A stretch of DNA of 64,000 nt from an archaeon (GTDB lineage Archaea; Nanobdellota; Nanobdellia; Woesearchaeales; GW2011-AR9): positions 39,094-103,093 of the forward strand of contig JABHQR010000017.1 in assembly GCA_018696395.1 (NCBI GenBank), written 5' to 3'. A program made the translations under genes and the position numbers. The stretch's first letter is position 1, and every line of letters begins with the position of its first letter. The notes below the pieces were generated by a model, which was not told the origin of the DNA, searched no databases, and saw nothing but the letters and a program-made list of their open reading frames with translations. Of this stretch, positions 20,708 through 30,818 are shown in pieces.

Positions 20708-22357
20708 ATGGGAATGAAAAAAGGTCAATATTTAAGATATGTTCCTTTAATTATTTTAATATCTCTAATCTTTTTTGTAATAAATCCTTCTTTTTTCCAA
20801 AATAGTTTGGATTCTTCTACTCCAAATAGTTTTTTAGCATCAGATGCTTATGCTCATTTAGCTTATATTGATGATGTGATTGAGAACGGTAATTATAATC
20901 ATGAATCTCAATTTTATGTTGGATTTACTGGAGATGAATTCTCTCCAAGAGAACCACCTTTAATGTTATTTTATGTTGCATTTATTTCTAATTTATTTGG
21001 TATAGAATCACATGTTGCAGCATTATTTGGATTACTTCTTGGAATTGTTCTATCAATTAGTATAATATATGTAATATTAAACAAATTTAATTGGATTTTA
21101 GCAGTTTTATTCTTGCCTGTAACTTTGTTCCTATTTACTAATCCTTTTGTAGCTGGTATTACTTGGGGTTTTTGGAAAGCTTATTTTATGTATTTTATTT
21201 TAGTAGTCGGTTTTTTATTTTTTCTAACTAAACTAACTAAAGAAAGGGCAATATTACTTGTCTTAATATTATCAAGTTTGATTCTAGCTTCTCCAGCATT
21301 ATTAATGTTTTTCTTATTGTTGTTTACTTTTAAACTTATTTTAGAATGGTCAGAATTAAAAAGAAATATTATCACTTTATTAATAACTGGAATTACTTCA
21401 CTTATAATTACTTCACATTATTTTTTAAATTATTATGTCGCTAGAACTTCTGGAAGTTCTGAATCAAAATTATTGAGTACATTAGGTTTTGCAGAAGGAT
21501 ATCATCTGTATGGGGCTAATCCTTATGCTAGTAATTTTGGAATCTTTTGGTATGTGGCTTTAGTTGGATTTATGTTAGCTTTATTTTATCTAATTCAAAA
21601 TTGGAAAAACAGAGGATCTTATAAGTATAAGACTTTCTTTTTATTCACTTCATTTTTTATTATATTCTTGCTCCCTCTCATTGGTCTTACCCGGATCAAT
21701 CAATTTAGGTTAGTTTGGCCTTTATTTATAGCATTTTTTATAGGTCTAACTGGTTACTTTATAATTATTTTTTTAACTAAGAAAATTGTTAAACTAAACA
21801 AAAGTATCATTACTCTGTTTGCTTTTGCAATATTAATTTTATTAATGTTTAATATTTTGGAATTCTCAGACAATAACATGTCAATTACAAGTCCAGAATA
21901 TTGGGACAATTTAATGTATTTACATGATGATACTCCCTTTGATTCTAATGTTTTAATAATTGATCCAAGTTTAACTCAGAACAGTATTGTTTTGTCAGCT
22001 AATAGAAGAATGCACTATTATGATTTCTCTCATTTTTCACAAGCACAAGAAGAACAAGTTGGTTTGGAAGAAATTAATTCTCATTATTATTGTGCTATCC
22101 CTGAGAAAAGTAGAGATGGATTAACTATATACACCAATGAAGATGAGATAGAATATTGTGAGAGAAGGAGGGATTCAGGGGCAGAGATTTGTAGTTATGA
22201 TTATATTTTAATAAATAAACAATATTATGATCAGGAACATTATATTTTATTAAGTAATTTTATAAATACTCAAATTTCAGAAGATTTTGAAATGGTCAAT
22301 TATGGGGACCAAATAATTTTGCTAAAGAACATTAATATTTGTGAAGAAGAGATGTAA
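20708..22357 (+). CDS. Polytopic membrane protein, possible GT-C fold glycosyltransferase
   Basis: Many TM segments, an N-terminal loop with SDAYAH and EPPL, and a soluble C-terminal domain. Located in a glycan locus. Confidence 0.5.
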   Translation: MGMKKGQYLRYVPLIILISLIFFVINPSFFQNSLDSSTPNSFLASDAYAHLAYIDDVIENGNYNHESQFYVGFTGDEFSPREPPLMLFYVAFISNLFGIESHVAALFGLLLGIVLSISIIYVILNKFNWILAVLFLPVTLFLFTNPFVAGITWGFWKAYFMYFILVVGFLFFLTKLTKERAILLVLILSSLILASPALLMFFLLLFTFKLILEWSELKRNIITLLITGITSLIITSHYFLNYYVARTSGSSESKLLSTLGFAEGYHLYGANPYASNFGIFWYVALVGFMLALFYLIQNWKNRGSYKYKTFFLFTSFFIIFLLPLIGLTRINQFRLVWPLFIAFFIGLTGYFIIIFLTKKIVKLNKSIITLFAFAILILLMFNILEFSDNNMSITSPEYWDNLMYLHDDTPFDSNVLIIDPSLTQNSIVLSANRRMHYYDFSHFSQAQEEQVGLEEINSHYYCAIPEKSRDGLTIYTNEDEIEYCERRRDSGAEICSYDYILINKQYYDQEHYILLSNFINTQISEDFEMVNYGDQIILLKNINICEEEM

Positions 22358-22372
22358 ATTCATCAATTAATA

Positions 22373-22798
22373 ATGATGATACTAATAAAAATGAAACCTA
22401 AATTTGATATTAAGAAAAAAGAATTATTATATTTTGTCTATTTTTTAATTGGGACTTTAATCTTATTAGAAGTCTTTTTTTATAAAAGTGGTTTTTTAAG
22501 AATTTTAATAATTTCTCTTAAACTTTCTTTTTTAATTCACTTACCCGGTTATTTGATAGCATTAAAAATATTTAAAGAAGAATTTGATTTAATTGGAATT
22601 TTGTTTATTGGTCTTGCATTAGGTTTAATTGTAATAACCTTTTTTTACTATGGGTTTTCTTTGTTTGGTTTTAATATAACTGGTTTTACTTATATTGTTC
22701 CAATAATGGTGGCCCTAATTGGGATAATTATTAATCTAAAAAAGTCAAATGAAAAAGAATTAAAAAAAGTTAATGAAATAAAAATTGAAAATAAATAA
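22373..22798 (+). CDS. Small membrane protein of unknown function
   Basis: Four hydrophobic segments, downstream of and co-directional with the 549-aa membrane gene. Confidence 0.6.
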   Translation: MMILIKMKPKFDIKKKELLYFVYFLIGTLILLEVFFYKSGFLRILIISLKLSFLIHLPGYLIALKIFKEEFDLIGILFIGLALGLIVITFFYYGFSLFGFNITGFTYIVPIMVALIGIIINLKKSNEKELKKVNEIKIENK

Positions 22799-22815
22799 TT
22801 ATATTAATATTTTTT

Positions 22816-23709
22816 TTAATTTTTAATAACTTTTTCTTTTGGAATCCAACCTAACAATCTTTTTGCTTTTTTAGAACTTGCAGTTAATGTTGCTGGATCA
22901 CCTTCTCTTTTGGAACTAAATTCATAAGGGATATTATATTTTTTTACAAATTCTAACACTGAAGTTCCTTTTCCTGTTCCTAAATTAATAATATCTGAAG
23001 AATTCAAATTAAGGGCTAAGGTATGTGCATGAACTAAATCTTTAATGTCAATATAATCTCTTACACAAGTCCCATCAGGGGTTTCATAATCATTGCCAAA
23101 TATTAATAATTTTTCTCTCTTTCCAGATAATACCTCGTAAATTATTGGTTCAATATTCTGCGCATCTGGATCACGATAGTTTAATCCAGCATCTCCCATC
23201 ACATTAAAGTATCTTAAACAAATTCCTACAATCCCTTTTTGTTTAGAATACCAGTCAATAATCCTTTCACATTCTAACTTAGTAAATCCATAATAATTGA
23301 TTGGATTCAATGGGTGTGACTCGTCAATTGGTGTGTATTGTGGTTCTCCATAAACTGCTGCAGAACTGGAAAAAATTATTTTTTTAACATTAAATTGAAC
23401 CATATTATCTAATAAATTAATCATGGAAGTAATATTTTGAGAATATTTTTCTAAATTAATCATGGATTCTCCTGCTGCTTTATATCCAGCAAAATGCATT
23501 ATTGCATCAAATTTATGCTTTGAAAAAACATTTTTTAGAAATTCTAGATTTATTAAGTCACCCTCATAAAATTTGGCTTTATCATCAACTAATTCTTTTT
23601 TCCCTTTAGATAAATTATCAATAACAATAACTTCATGTCCTTCTTGAATTATTTTTTTTACTGCAGCACTGCCAATATATCCTGCTCCACCTGTAACTAA
23701 AATGTTCAT
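22816..23709 (-). CDS. galE: UDP-glucose 4-epimerase
   Basis: VTGGAGYIGS, HFAG.KA.GES, SSSAAVYG, YGFTK, LRYFN and DGTCVRDYI. C-terminus is somewhat short. Confidence 0.88.
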   Translation of the reverse strand: MNILVTGGAGYIGSAAVKKIIQEGHEVIVIDNLSKGKKELVDDKAKFYEGDLINLEFLKNVFSKHKFDAIMHFAGYKAAGESMINLEKYSQNITSMINLLDNMVQFNVKKIIFSSSAAVYGEPQYTPIDESHPLNPINYYGFTKLECERIIDWYSKQKGIVGICLRYFNVMGDAGLNYRDPDAQNIEPIIYEVLSGKREKLLIFGNDYETPDGTCVRDYIDIKDLVHAHTLALNLNSSDIINLGTGKGTSVLEFVKKYNIPYEFSSKREGDPATLTASSKKAKRLLGWIPKEKVIKN

Positions 23710-23747
23710 TTTAATATCCCTCTAGTTTAGATTATTTGTGTGTTTAT

Positions 23748-24509
23748 TCATTGACTTTTATAGAATACACCTATTGCTAATCTGTCATTTTTATTTTCTT
23801 CAATTTCAAACGCTTTTTGTAATGCTAAAATTTTATTACTTGAATCATGAAAATTATCTTCTAATCTGTAAACTCTTTCATTATAATATTTTATATCATG
23901 TCCAAAGCTAGGACAATATTGTAAAATATCGATAAATGCAAATCCTTCAAACTGAATTGCTTTCTTAATTAGGCCAGTTAAATGATTAATATCTCCAGCA
24001 TATCCTCTAGCAACAAATTTAGCTCCAGAAGAAATTGCTAGTGCGATTGGATTAAGTGGTGATTCTTTAGCACCCAATGGGCTGGATTTACTAACTTTAC
24101 CTTGTTTAGATGTTGGTGAATATTGGCCGGTGGTTAAACCAAAAACTGAATTATTATGAACTAAGTAAGTTATGTTGACATTTCTTCTACAAGCATGGAT
24201 AAAATGATTTCCACCTTCTCCATATCCATCCCCATCTCCACCATAAGCAATAACTGTTAATTTTTTGTTAGCTAATTTTGTGCCTTGGGCAACAGGTAAG
24301 GATCTCCCATGCAATCCTACAAATCCGTAAGATTTTATCCAGTATGGTAATTTAGCAAAACAACCAACTCCTGAGACTAAAACTGAATCTTTTGGTTTAA
24401 TATTTAATTCTGAAATTGATTTTTTTGTGGCAAGGGAAATAGCAAAATTTCCACAGCCAGGGCACCAACTTGGTTTTTCATTTTTGTTGAATGATTGTAA
24501 TTCTACCAT
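23748..24509 (-). CDS. korB: 2-oxoacid:ferredoxin oxidoreductase beta subunit
   Basis: WCPGCGN, SGVGC, HGR, GGDGDG, GLTTGQ and CPS motifs. Substrate not determinable. Confidence 0.9.
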   Translation of the reverse strand: MVELQSFNKNEKPSWCPGCGNFAISLATKKSISELNIKPKDSVLVSGVGCFAKLPYWIKSYGFVGLHGRSLPVAQGTKLANKKLTVIAYGGDGDGYGEGGNHFIHACRRNVNITYLVHNNSVFGLTTGQYSPTSKQGKVSKSSPLGAKESPLNPIALAISSGAKFVARGYAGDINHLTGLIKKAIQFEGFAFIDILQYCPSFGHDIKYYNERVYRLEDNFHDSSNKILALQKAFEIEENKNDRLAIGVFYKSQ

Positions 24510-24510
24510 T

Positions 24511-26280
24511 TTAATTAATCCTCTTAATTAATTCATCATAAACGTTATCAACTGTGAATGTTTTTCCATCAAAACGTAATATCTTATCTTTGATATCAAT
24601 ACAAGTTTCTTTTTTAATAAGTTGATTTAATTGAGATGATTGATTATTTTCTATTAAAACAAGCTTATTTGATGAATTTAGAATTTTAGTTATTTCTTCT
24701 ATTTTAAAAGGAAACATGTTTTTAACCATCAACACATTAATTTTTTTGTTTTGTTCTGAATCTGTTTTATTATTTATGTTTTCAACAGCTTCTAAGATTG
24801 CACCTTTATTTGAACCCCAACTTACAACAGTTAAATCTGCATTTTCAGGTCCAATTAATTTTGGTTTATCTAGTTCTTCAAGGATTTGTTTTAATTTTTT
24901 TTCTCTTCTTTCTATACCTTCTAATCTGCATTTAGGATTTTCAGTAATACAACCAGTTTCATCGTGGTCATCTCCAGTACATGTGAATATGCCATTTTCA
25001 TTCCCAGGTATTGATCTTAAATAAGAATCAGAATTGAATTTATATCTTTTAAAAAGATTATTCTTATTTAATTGATTTTGTTTAATTTCTGTTTCATTTA
25101 TAATTCCTCTTTTAATTGAAAGTTCTTCTTTTAAGAAATTATAATCCTTCTCTGAAAATTTGATGCTTTTTATACTTTCAGCAAGATGTTTATCAATTAA
25201 TATTATTACTGGTAATTGATACTTTTCTGCTAGATGAAATGCTCTTTTAGTTTCTAAATATGCTTCTTTGATGCATCCTGGCGCAATAATGATTCTTGGG
25301 AAATCTCCATGTCCGGCATTAAGTACAAAATTTAAATCACCTTGTTCTGTTTTTGTTGGGGAACCTGTTGCTGGTCCAGGCCTTTGACCTTCAATTATTA
25401 CTAATGGAATTTCAGCCATTCCTGCTAAACTAATTGATTCAGTCATTAAAGCAAATCCCCCACCTGAACTAGCGGTCATTGATCTTGCCCCTGCAAAAGA
25501 TGCACCTAACGCAAAATTAATTGCAGCAATTTCATCTTCTGGTTGGATCACTGTTAAATTATCATTTTTTGTAGCTTCTCTAGATAATGAATGAAGAATC
25601 CCTGTAACCGGCGTCATTGGGTATTGGCAATGAAAAGTTAAGCCAGAATCAATAGCTGCCTTAGCAATGATTTCATTTCCATTAAAAAGTTTAATTAATT
25701 GTTTTTCTTCTTTAATTTCAGGAAGTTTAATTTCAGTTAAAACATTGAAATTATTATAAGATAATTCTGCTGCTTTAATTAATGCTGATTTAATCTCTGG
25801 TTTGTTTTTGAATTTATTTTCTAAGATTTCTATCAGTTCAGAAAGTGGGATATTAAATAGTTTAATTATTGACCCAATATATATTATATTATTAAGATTT
25901 TTTCCTTTTATTTCATTTTCTATTTCTTTTACATTAATTGGTATGTAGTTCACATTTTGTTTTGGTATAATATCATCAATATTAATGGAACTGTCGTAAA
26001 GTACAATCCCTTTTTCATTAACTTGTTGATGGTGTTTAATTATAGATTCTTTATTAATTGCAACAAGAATGTTAATTTTATTGACATCGGCAGAAACTTG
26101 TTGATTAGAAATTCTAATATTGTGAAAATTATGGCCGCTTTTTATTTGTGACATATACTCTTTACTTGAGAATATGGAATAACCTTTTTGAATAACAAGT
26201 TCCGAAATAATCTTAGCCACTGTAGCAATTCCTTGTCCTGCTTCTCCCCCAACTCTAATATTTATACTTTCCATTATCAA
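24511..26280 (-). CDS. korA: 2-oxoacid:ferredoxin oxidoreductase alpha subunit (gamma-alpha fusion)
   Basis: GGEAGQG, GNE, YPMTP, EDEIAA, SGGGFALM, QRPGPATG and TEQGD. Confidence 0.9.
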   Translation of the reverse strand: MIMESINIRVGGEAGQGIATVAKIISELVIQKGYSIFSSKEYMSQIKSGHNFHNIRISNQQVSADVNKINILVAINKESIIKHHQQVNEKGIVLYDSSINIDDIIPKQNVNYIPINVKEIENEIKGKNLNNIIYIGSIIKLFNIPLSELIEILENKFKNKPEIKSALIKAAELSYNNFNVLTEIKLPEIKEEKQLIKLFNGNEIIAKAAIDSGLTFHCQYPMTPVTGILHSLSREATKNDNLTVIQPEDEIAAINFALGASFAGARSMTASSGGGFALMTESISLAGMAEIPLVIIEGQRPGPATGSPTKTEQGDLNFVLNAGHGDFPRIIIAPGCIKEAYLETKRAFHLAEKYQLPVIILIDKHLAESIKSIKFSEKDYNFLKEELSIKRGIINETEIKQNQLNKNNLFKRYKFNSDSYLRSIPGNENGIFTCTGDDHDETGCITENPKCRLEGIERREKKLKQILEELDKPKLIGPENADLTVVSWGSNKGAILEAVENINNKTDSEQNKKINVLMVKNMFPFKIEEITKILNSSNKLVLIENNQSSQLNQLIKKETCIDIKDKILRFDGKTFTVDNVYDELIKRIN

Positions 26281-26351
26281 GTATACTTAGAAATTTACTT
26301 AAAAAGGTTGTGGAAGATGAGTTCAAGTGACCTCTTAATAATTTAATTGGT

Positions 26352-27101
26352 TTAATCAATCAATTTATTTTTATTATCAAAATATTTTTCAGCTTCTTTT
26401 AATTGGCTCATATTACCTATGTCAAACCAAGTTCCTTCTAAAGTTAAAGCGTGAACTTCTTTTTTTTCTGAGAGATATTTAATGAAATCTCCTGCTCTAT
26501 CTGCAAATTTATTATCTAATGCCTCTTGTAACATTTCCAAATCTTCTTTTTTTAACATATAAACTAATGTTGCTGCTAATGTGGATTTTGGATTTTCAGG
26601 TTTCTCTATAAATTCAATTATCTTGTTATTTTTATTAACACTAACTATCCCTAACTGCTTGGCAAGTTTGAAACATTTTATATCATTAAGTAATATACTG
26701 GATGTTTGTTTTTGTTGAAAATAATTGATTATATTTTTGAGATTATCTTCGAATAAGTTGTCTCCCCCAATAATTAATAAGTTCTCTTGAATGTTATGTT
26801 TTTTTACAACAAAGTTGATATCGCCGATAGCTCCTAATCTATCTTCATTTGATAAAGTTCCATCATTAACAATAGTTATTTTTTTTGATGAAGTTAAGTT
26901 ATTATTCAATTTAACGAAATGAGAATAAAATTTGTTGTTAGTTACAATAAAAATTTCATTTAGTTCAGAAATATTTTCGAGTTTTTCGACAATATGTTCA
27001 ACAATTGTCTTTCCACCAACTTTTAACAAAGGTTTTGGATGGTTTAAAGTTAATGGATATAATCTAGTGGCATACCCTGCAGCTAGAATTAATGCTTTCA
27101 T
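26352..27101 (-). CDS. Sugar-phosphate nucleotidyltransferase
   Basis: LILAAGYATRLYPLT, PKPLL, GGDN, EKP and WFDIG. Confidence 0.88.
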   Translation of the reverse strand: MKALILAAGYATRLYPLTLNHPKPLLKVGGKTIVEHIVEKLENISELNEIFIVTNNKFYSHFVKLNNNLTSSKKITIVNDGTLSNEDRLGAIGDINFVVKKHNIQENLLIIGGDNLFEDNLKNIINYFQQKQTSSILLNDIKCFKLAKQLGIVSVNKNNKIIEFIEKPENPKSTLAATLVYMLKKEDLEMLQEALDNKFADRAGDFIKYLSEKKEVHALTLEGTWFDIGNMSQLKEAEKYFDNKNKLID

Positions 27102-27212
27102 CTTAAGGGAAAGAATTTATTTTTTACTTTTAAGTGTTATGAAATATTGTTATTGGATTAGAATTTAGTTTGTCTTGTTGATGTGCAATTTTAGCAAATA
27201 TATTCAAAATAT

Positions 27213-27228
27213 CCGAAACATTTAAATA
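27213..27228 (+). promoter_or_regulatory. BRE + TATA box of the AOR/NAD cluster
   Basis: CCGAAA (27213-18) followed by TTTAAATA (27221-28), in canonical archaeal arrangement. Confidence 0.65.
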
Positions 27229-27230
27229 TA

Positions 27231-27247
27231 AGTGTTACTTGTACACT
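27231..27247. promoter_or_regulatory. Putative NrtR operator 1
   Basis: Perfect inverted repeat AGTGT-TACTTGT-ACACT with a GT-N7-AC core, 2 bp downstream of the TATA box. Confidence 0.7.
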
Positions 27248-27317
27248 AACGTAAGGTGATAAAAACAAAGTGTTTAATTGATCTTTTCCACGAGAAGATT
27301 TTTTTAATCTCACACTT

Positions 27318-27334
27318 AGTGTAAAAATGACAAA
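27318..27334. promoter_or_regulatory. Putative NrtR operator 2
   Basis: AGTGT-AAAAATG-ACAAA has the same spacing as operator 1. It lies in the leader before the likely AOR start at 27357. Confidence 0.55.
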
Positions 27335-29168
27335 AACAAACCAAGAAGGCTTGAAAATGAAAAGAAAACAAATATCTAAAGAATTAAACATTAATTTAAA
27401 TTTAGAACAAGTGAATCTTAAGTTAAGGGAAGAATATAATCTTGAAGAAATAATTGGGGGATTTGGTCGAGCAGTACATAAATTAAATGACCACATTGAT
27501 TACAATCCTGGTCTAACTGATGCTTATGATCCTAATAATTTGATCTGTTTTGATATCGGTTTTTTGACTGGATCAAAAGTAATGACTTCTAAAAGAACTT
27601 ATGTAAGTAGTTTAAGTCCATTGAAAACTAGTAATGCTGGAACTAATGGAATTTATTATTCAACTGCAAGTGGGGGTTTTGGATCTGCATTAAGGGATTG
27701 TGATTTAGATGCAATAAACATTATTGGGAAATGTCAAAATCCTTCTTATTTAGTAATTGATTATTCAAGTGGAAAGTTAGAAACAAGTTTTCAAGATGCA
27801 GGAGATCTTATGGGAAATACAACTGACCAAAAGATATCTTCTCTTTCTGAAAAGTATGACAATGCTTCTTTTTTAGTAATCGGGCTTGCAGGTGAAAATT
27901 TGGTAAGGTGTGCTAACATTGCTTTTAGCACTTCTGATCAATTGAGAAAAGGAACTAACCATATGAGATTTGCTGGTCGAGGAGGAATGGGGGCAGTAAT
28001 GGGTTCAAAGAATTTAGTTGCTATTGTAGTTAAAGGTGAACGAGAAGTAAGTAGGACACATTACAAATCTCAAAGTCTGGGTAATGATGTTAAAGAAATT
28101 AACAGAGAAATTGCTAGGGGTGAAGGAACTAGGAAATATCGGGAACTTGGTACTTTTTTTTCTAACATTGAAAGTTTAGAATATTTAAGTGCAGGAATTC
28201 ATCAAAATTTTAGTCAAGGTAATGATGTTAATACCAGGAATTTGTTTAGAGATTACTTAATACAAGATGGAATTGAAATTAAAGACAAAGGATGTCTTGG
28301 ATGTGGGATTAAATGTTGGAAAGAATTGTTTAAGGAAGGAAAAGTTTTAGGGAAATTAGATTATGAAAATGGTTCTTTGCTTGGGCCAAATTTAGGGATT
28401 AATGATGTGGAACAAATTCAACAATTAATAAATTTAACAGATGGTTATGGAATGGACGCTATGTCAACTGGTGTTTGTTTAGGTTATGAAATGGAAATTC
28501 AAGGGAAGTTTGGCAATTTTGAATTTGCTAAACAGATGATTGAGAAAATTGCATCTGGCGAACATGGTTTGAAAGAAGGTGTGAAAAGATATTCTGAATC
28601 AATAGGTCAAACTGAAAATGCAATGCATGTTAAAGGTGTTGAACTTGCGGCATATTTAGGGCAAGTAAATCCAGGATATGCTTTTGCAATTGCTGGTCCT
28701 CATACTTCTATGATGACTTATAATTCTTCTTGGAAACTAACTGCAAATAATTCAGTGGAGGAGTGGTCAGAAAATATAATTGATGGTGTTATACCAATTA
28801 TTTATGATATGAACGGGTTGTGTAAATTTTCAAAAGTAAGTTTAGGTGATGTTAGTAAACAATTAAATTTGCTTACTGGTGTTGAAACTTCATCTGATGA
28901 ATTGAAAAATTGTGCTAGGAAAGTAGCATTATTAGCAAGAAATATTGATTATAAATTGGGTTTCAATGAAAGTGACGACATTTTACCTGAAAGATGTTAT
29001 CAAGATTTAGAAATAAACGAACTTGGTGAACATTTCAATACTAAAGAATTTTTTGAAAGACTGAAACATTCAGTTTACAATTCTTATCATACTCTTGCAG
29101 GGGAATTTGGAATTAATTTAGTTAATGTAAATTATATGTTTGGATCAAAATTGATGGAGGTTGCTTAA
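27327..29168 (+). CDS. aor: Aldehyde:ferredoxin oxidoreductase family (W/Mo-pterin, 4Fe-4S)
   Basis: SPL...S..GG.FG, IGLAGEN, AGRGGMGAVMGSKNL, CLGCGIKC, GMDAMSTG, HVKG.E and GLCKF. Likely start is the ATG at 27357. Confidence 0.85.
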   Translation: MTKTNQEGLKMKRKQISKELNINLNLEQVNLKLREEYNLEEIIGGFGRAVHKLNDHIDYNPGLTDAYDPNNLICFDIGFLTGSKVMTSKRTYVSSLSPLKTSNAGTNGIYYSTASGGFGSALRDCDLDAINIIGKCQNPSYLVIDYSSGKLETSFQDAGDLMGNTTDQKISSLSEKYDNASFLVIGLAGENLVRCANIAFSTSDQLRKGTNHMRFAGRGGMGAVMGSKNLVAIVVKGEREVSRTHYKSQSLGNDVKEINREIARGEGTRKYRELGTFFSNIESLEYLSAGIHQNFSQGNDVNTRNLFRDYLIQDGIEIKDKGCLGCGIKCWKELFKEGKVLGKLDYENGSLLGPNLGINDVEQIQQLINLTDGYGMDAMSTGVCLGYEMEIQGKFGNFEFAKQMIEKIASGEHGLKEGVKRYSESIGQTENAMHVKGVELAAYLGQVNPGYAFAIAGPHTSMMTYNSSWKLTANNSVEEWSENIIDGVIPIIYDMNGLCKFSKVSLGDVSKQLNLLTGVETSSDELKNCARKVALLARNIDYKLGFNESDDILPERCYQDLEINELGEHFNTKEFFERLKHSVYNSYHTLAGEFGINLVNVNYMFGSKLMEVA

Positions 29169-30681
29169 AATGATTAATGAAGAAAATATCGGATCTGATA
29201 TAAGGAAACCAAATATGTTAGAATTTACTAAAGATTTAGCTTTAGCAGTTGCAGATTTTTATGAGTATTCTATGGCAGAAGCTAATATCCTTGAAGATAT
29301 TGTTGGTAAAGATACAGTATTTGATATGGTAGTTAGAAGGATGCCAACAAATAAAGTTGTTGGAAGATTTGAAAGAGATGGTGTTAAGTATGATGAATTA
29401 GAACAAAGAAAATATTTAATCAATGCTGGTTTAGAACAAGTTGCAGCATATTTTTTAGAAGCTAGGGGAACTGAAAAATTAAGAAATTATATGCAAGAAG
29501 TTCAAGGTGTTGAAAATACTACATTTTTAGATTGGGTAGAAAATATTTCTTTTCAAGGTGATGTTTATGCTATGCCAGAAGGTACTATATTCTTTGCGCA
29601 AGAACATCAATTAAGAGTTCATGAAAAATTTGAAGAAGCACAAGTGTTTGAAAGTTTATTACTTAATACAATCAATCCTCAAACTAATGTGGCAAGTACT
29701 GCAAATGATATTGCTCAAGTAGCTAATAAAATTTTACTTGAGGGGGGAAGTAGGAGAGCAACAAGTCCTCAAAGTTCGGTATTTAATTCTCGTGCAGCAA
29801 GAATTGGTGGTTTTACTGCAAGTTCTAATGTTGCATATGGGATGTTTTATCATGAAAAAGTGGGTGGTACGCATGGTCATTCTTATGTGATGTTACATCC
29901 AGATGAATACTCTTCATTTAAAGCTCAATCTGAATTATTTGGGAATAAAGTTTGTTTCTTATTAGATACTTACAATGTTGAAGAAGCTTTTGAAATATCA
30001 TTGAAAATTGTTGAAGAGGAAAATTTTGATAGTTTTGCATTTAGGATTGATAGTGGCGATTTATTACAACAAGCTAAATGGATTCATGATAAATTGCAAG
30101 AAAAAGGTTATGCTAGAGAAAGTTATGTTTTGGTAGCTTCAGATGATTTAACTGCGGGTAAGATTGATGTCTTGGAAAAAGAAAGAGCAGACATTGATAA
30201 ATATTTAGTTGGAACTTATGTTGTTAATCCACCTAAACCAGTACCAGGTGTTTTCAAATTAGCTGCTTACAAAAATGATAATAATAATCAAGAAGTAAGT
30301 AGTGATGAAGAAAATAATGGTTGGATTCTGAAAGGAAAGTTATCTGAAGAATTTAGTAAAGCCACATTACCTGGAATTAAACAAGTTTATCGTGTTGTTG
30401 GAGAAGATGGTTTTTACAAGAAGGATATCATTGCGTTTGAAGGGGAAGATTTAAGTGAATATTTAGATGAAAATGATACTGTTGAAGAATTACTTGTTTC
30501 AATAATTAAAGGAGGAAAACAAGTTTATAATTTTCCAACTATTAATGGAATTTCTCAACGAAGAGAAGAACAACTTTCTAGGTTTAATAATATAGGAGAT
30601 TATGAAATTTTAATCTCCTCGTTAGTGTTAAAAACACAACAACAAATCATGGAGGAACATGGTTTTTATCGGAGGAATTGA
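29161..30681 (+). CDS. pncB: Nicotinate phosphoribosyltransferase
   Basis: DFYEYSM, EGGSRR, SSNV..G, GGTHGHSYV (phospho-His region), LLDTY, RIDSGD and VGTY. Likely start is 29170. Confidence 0.85.
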   Translation: MLKMINEENIGSDIRKPNMLEFTKDLALAVADFYEYSMAEANILEDIVGKDTVFDMVVRRMPTNKVVGRFERDGVKYDELEQRKYLINAGLEQVAAYFLEARGTEKLRNYMQEVQGVENTTFLDWVENISFQGDVYAMPEGTIFFAQEHQLRVHEKFEEAQVFESLLLNTINPQTNVASTANDIAQVANKILLEGGSRRATSPQSSVFNSRAARIGGFTASSNVAYGMFYHEKVGGTHGHSYVMLHPDEYSSFKAQSELFGNKVCFLLDTYNVEEAFEISLKIVEEENFDSFAFRIDSGDLLQQAKWIHDKLQEKGYARESYVLVASDDLTAGKIDVLEKERADIDKYLVGTYVVNPPKPVPGVFKLAAYKNDNNNQEVSSDEENNGWILKGKLSEEFSKATLPGIKQVYRVVGEDGFYKKDIIAFEGEDLSEYLDENDTVEELLVSIIKGGKQVYNFPTINGISQRREEQLSRFNNIGDYEILISSLVLKTQQQIMEEHGFYRRN

Positions 30682-30683
30682 GA

Positions 30684-30818
30684 ATGAAAAATGTTGAGAA
30701 TGAAATTGTGAAAAAGTCAGTTTTGGTTTGTGAAAGTTTGGGAAAGATTAGTGGCAGTTATGGTGTTACTGAATTTTTTGTATTTTCAGATGGAATTGGT
30801 TTTGGAGACAGTTGGTGA
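30684..30818 (+). CDS. 44-aa small ORF of unknown function (not in ORF track)
   Basis: GGAGG at 30671-75 precedes the ATG. It reads MKNVENEIVKKSVLVCESLGKISGSYGVTEFFVFSDGIGFGDSW and fills the pncB-pncA gap. Confidence 0.5.
   Translation: MKNVENEIVKKSVLVCESLGKISGSYGVTEFFVFSDGIGFGDSW

Noticed and set aside
22816-23709. galE as a truncated pseudogene
   Set aside because: All catalytic motifs are present and no frameshifted continuation follows the stop, so it is probably a naturally short variant.
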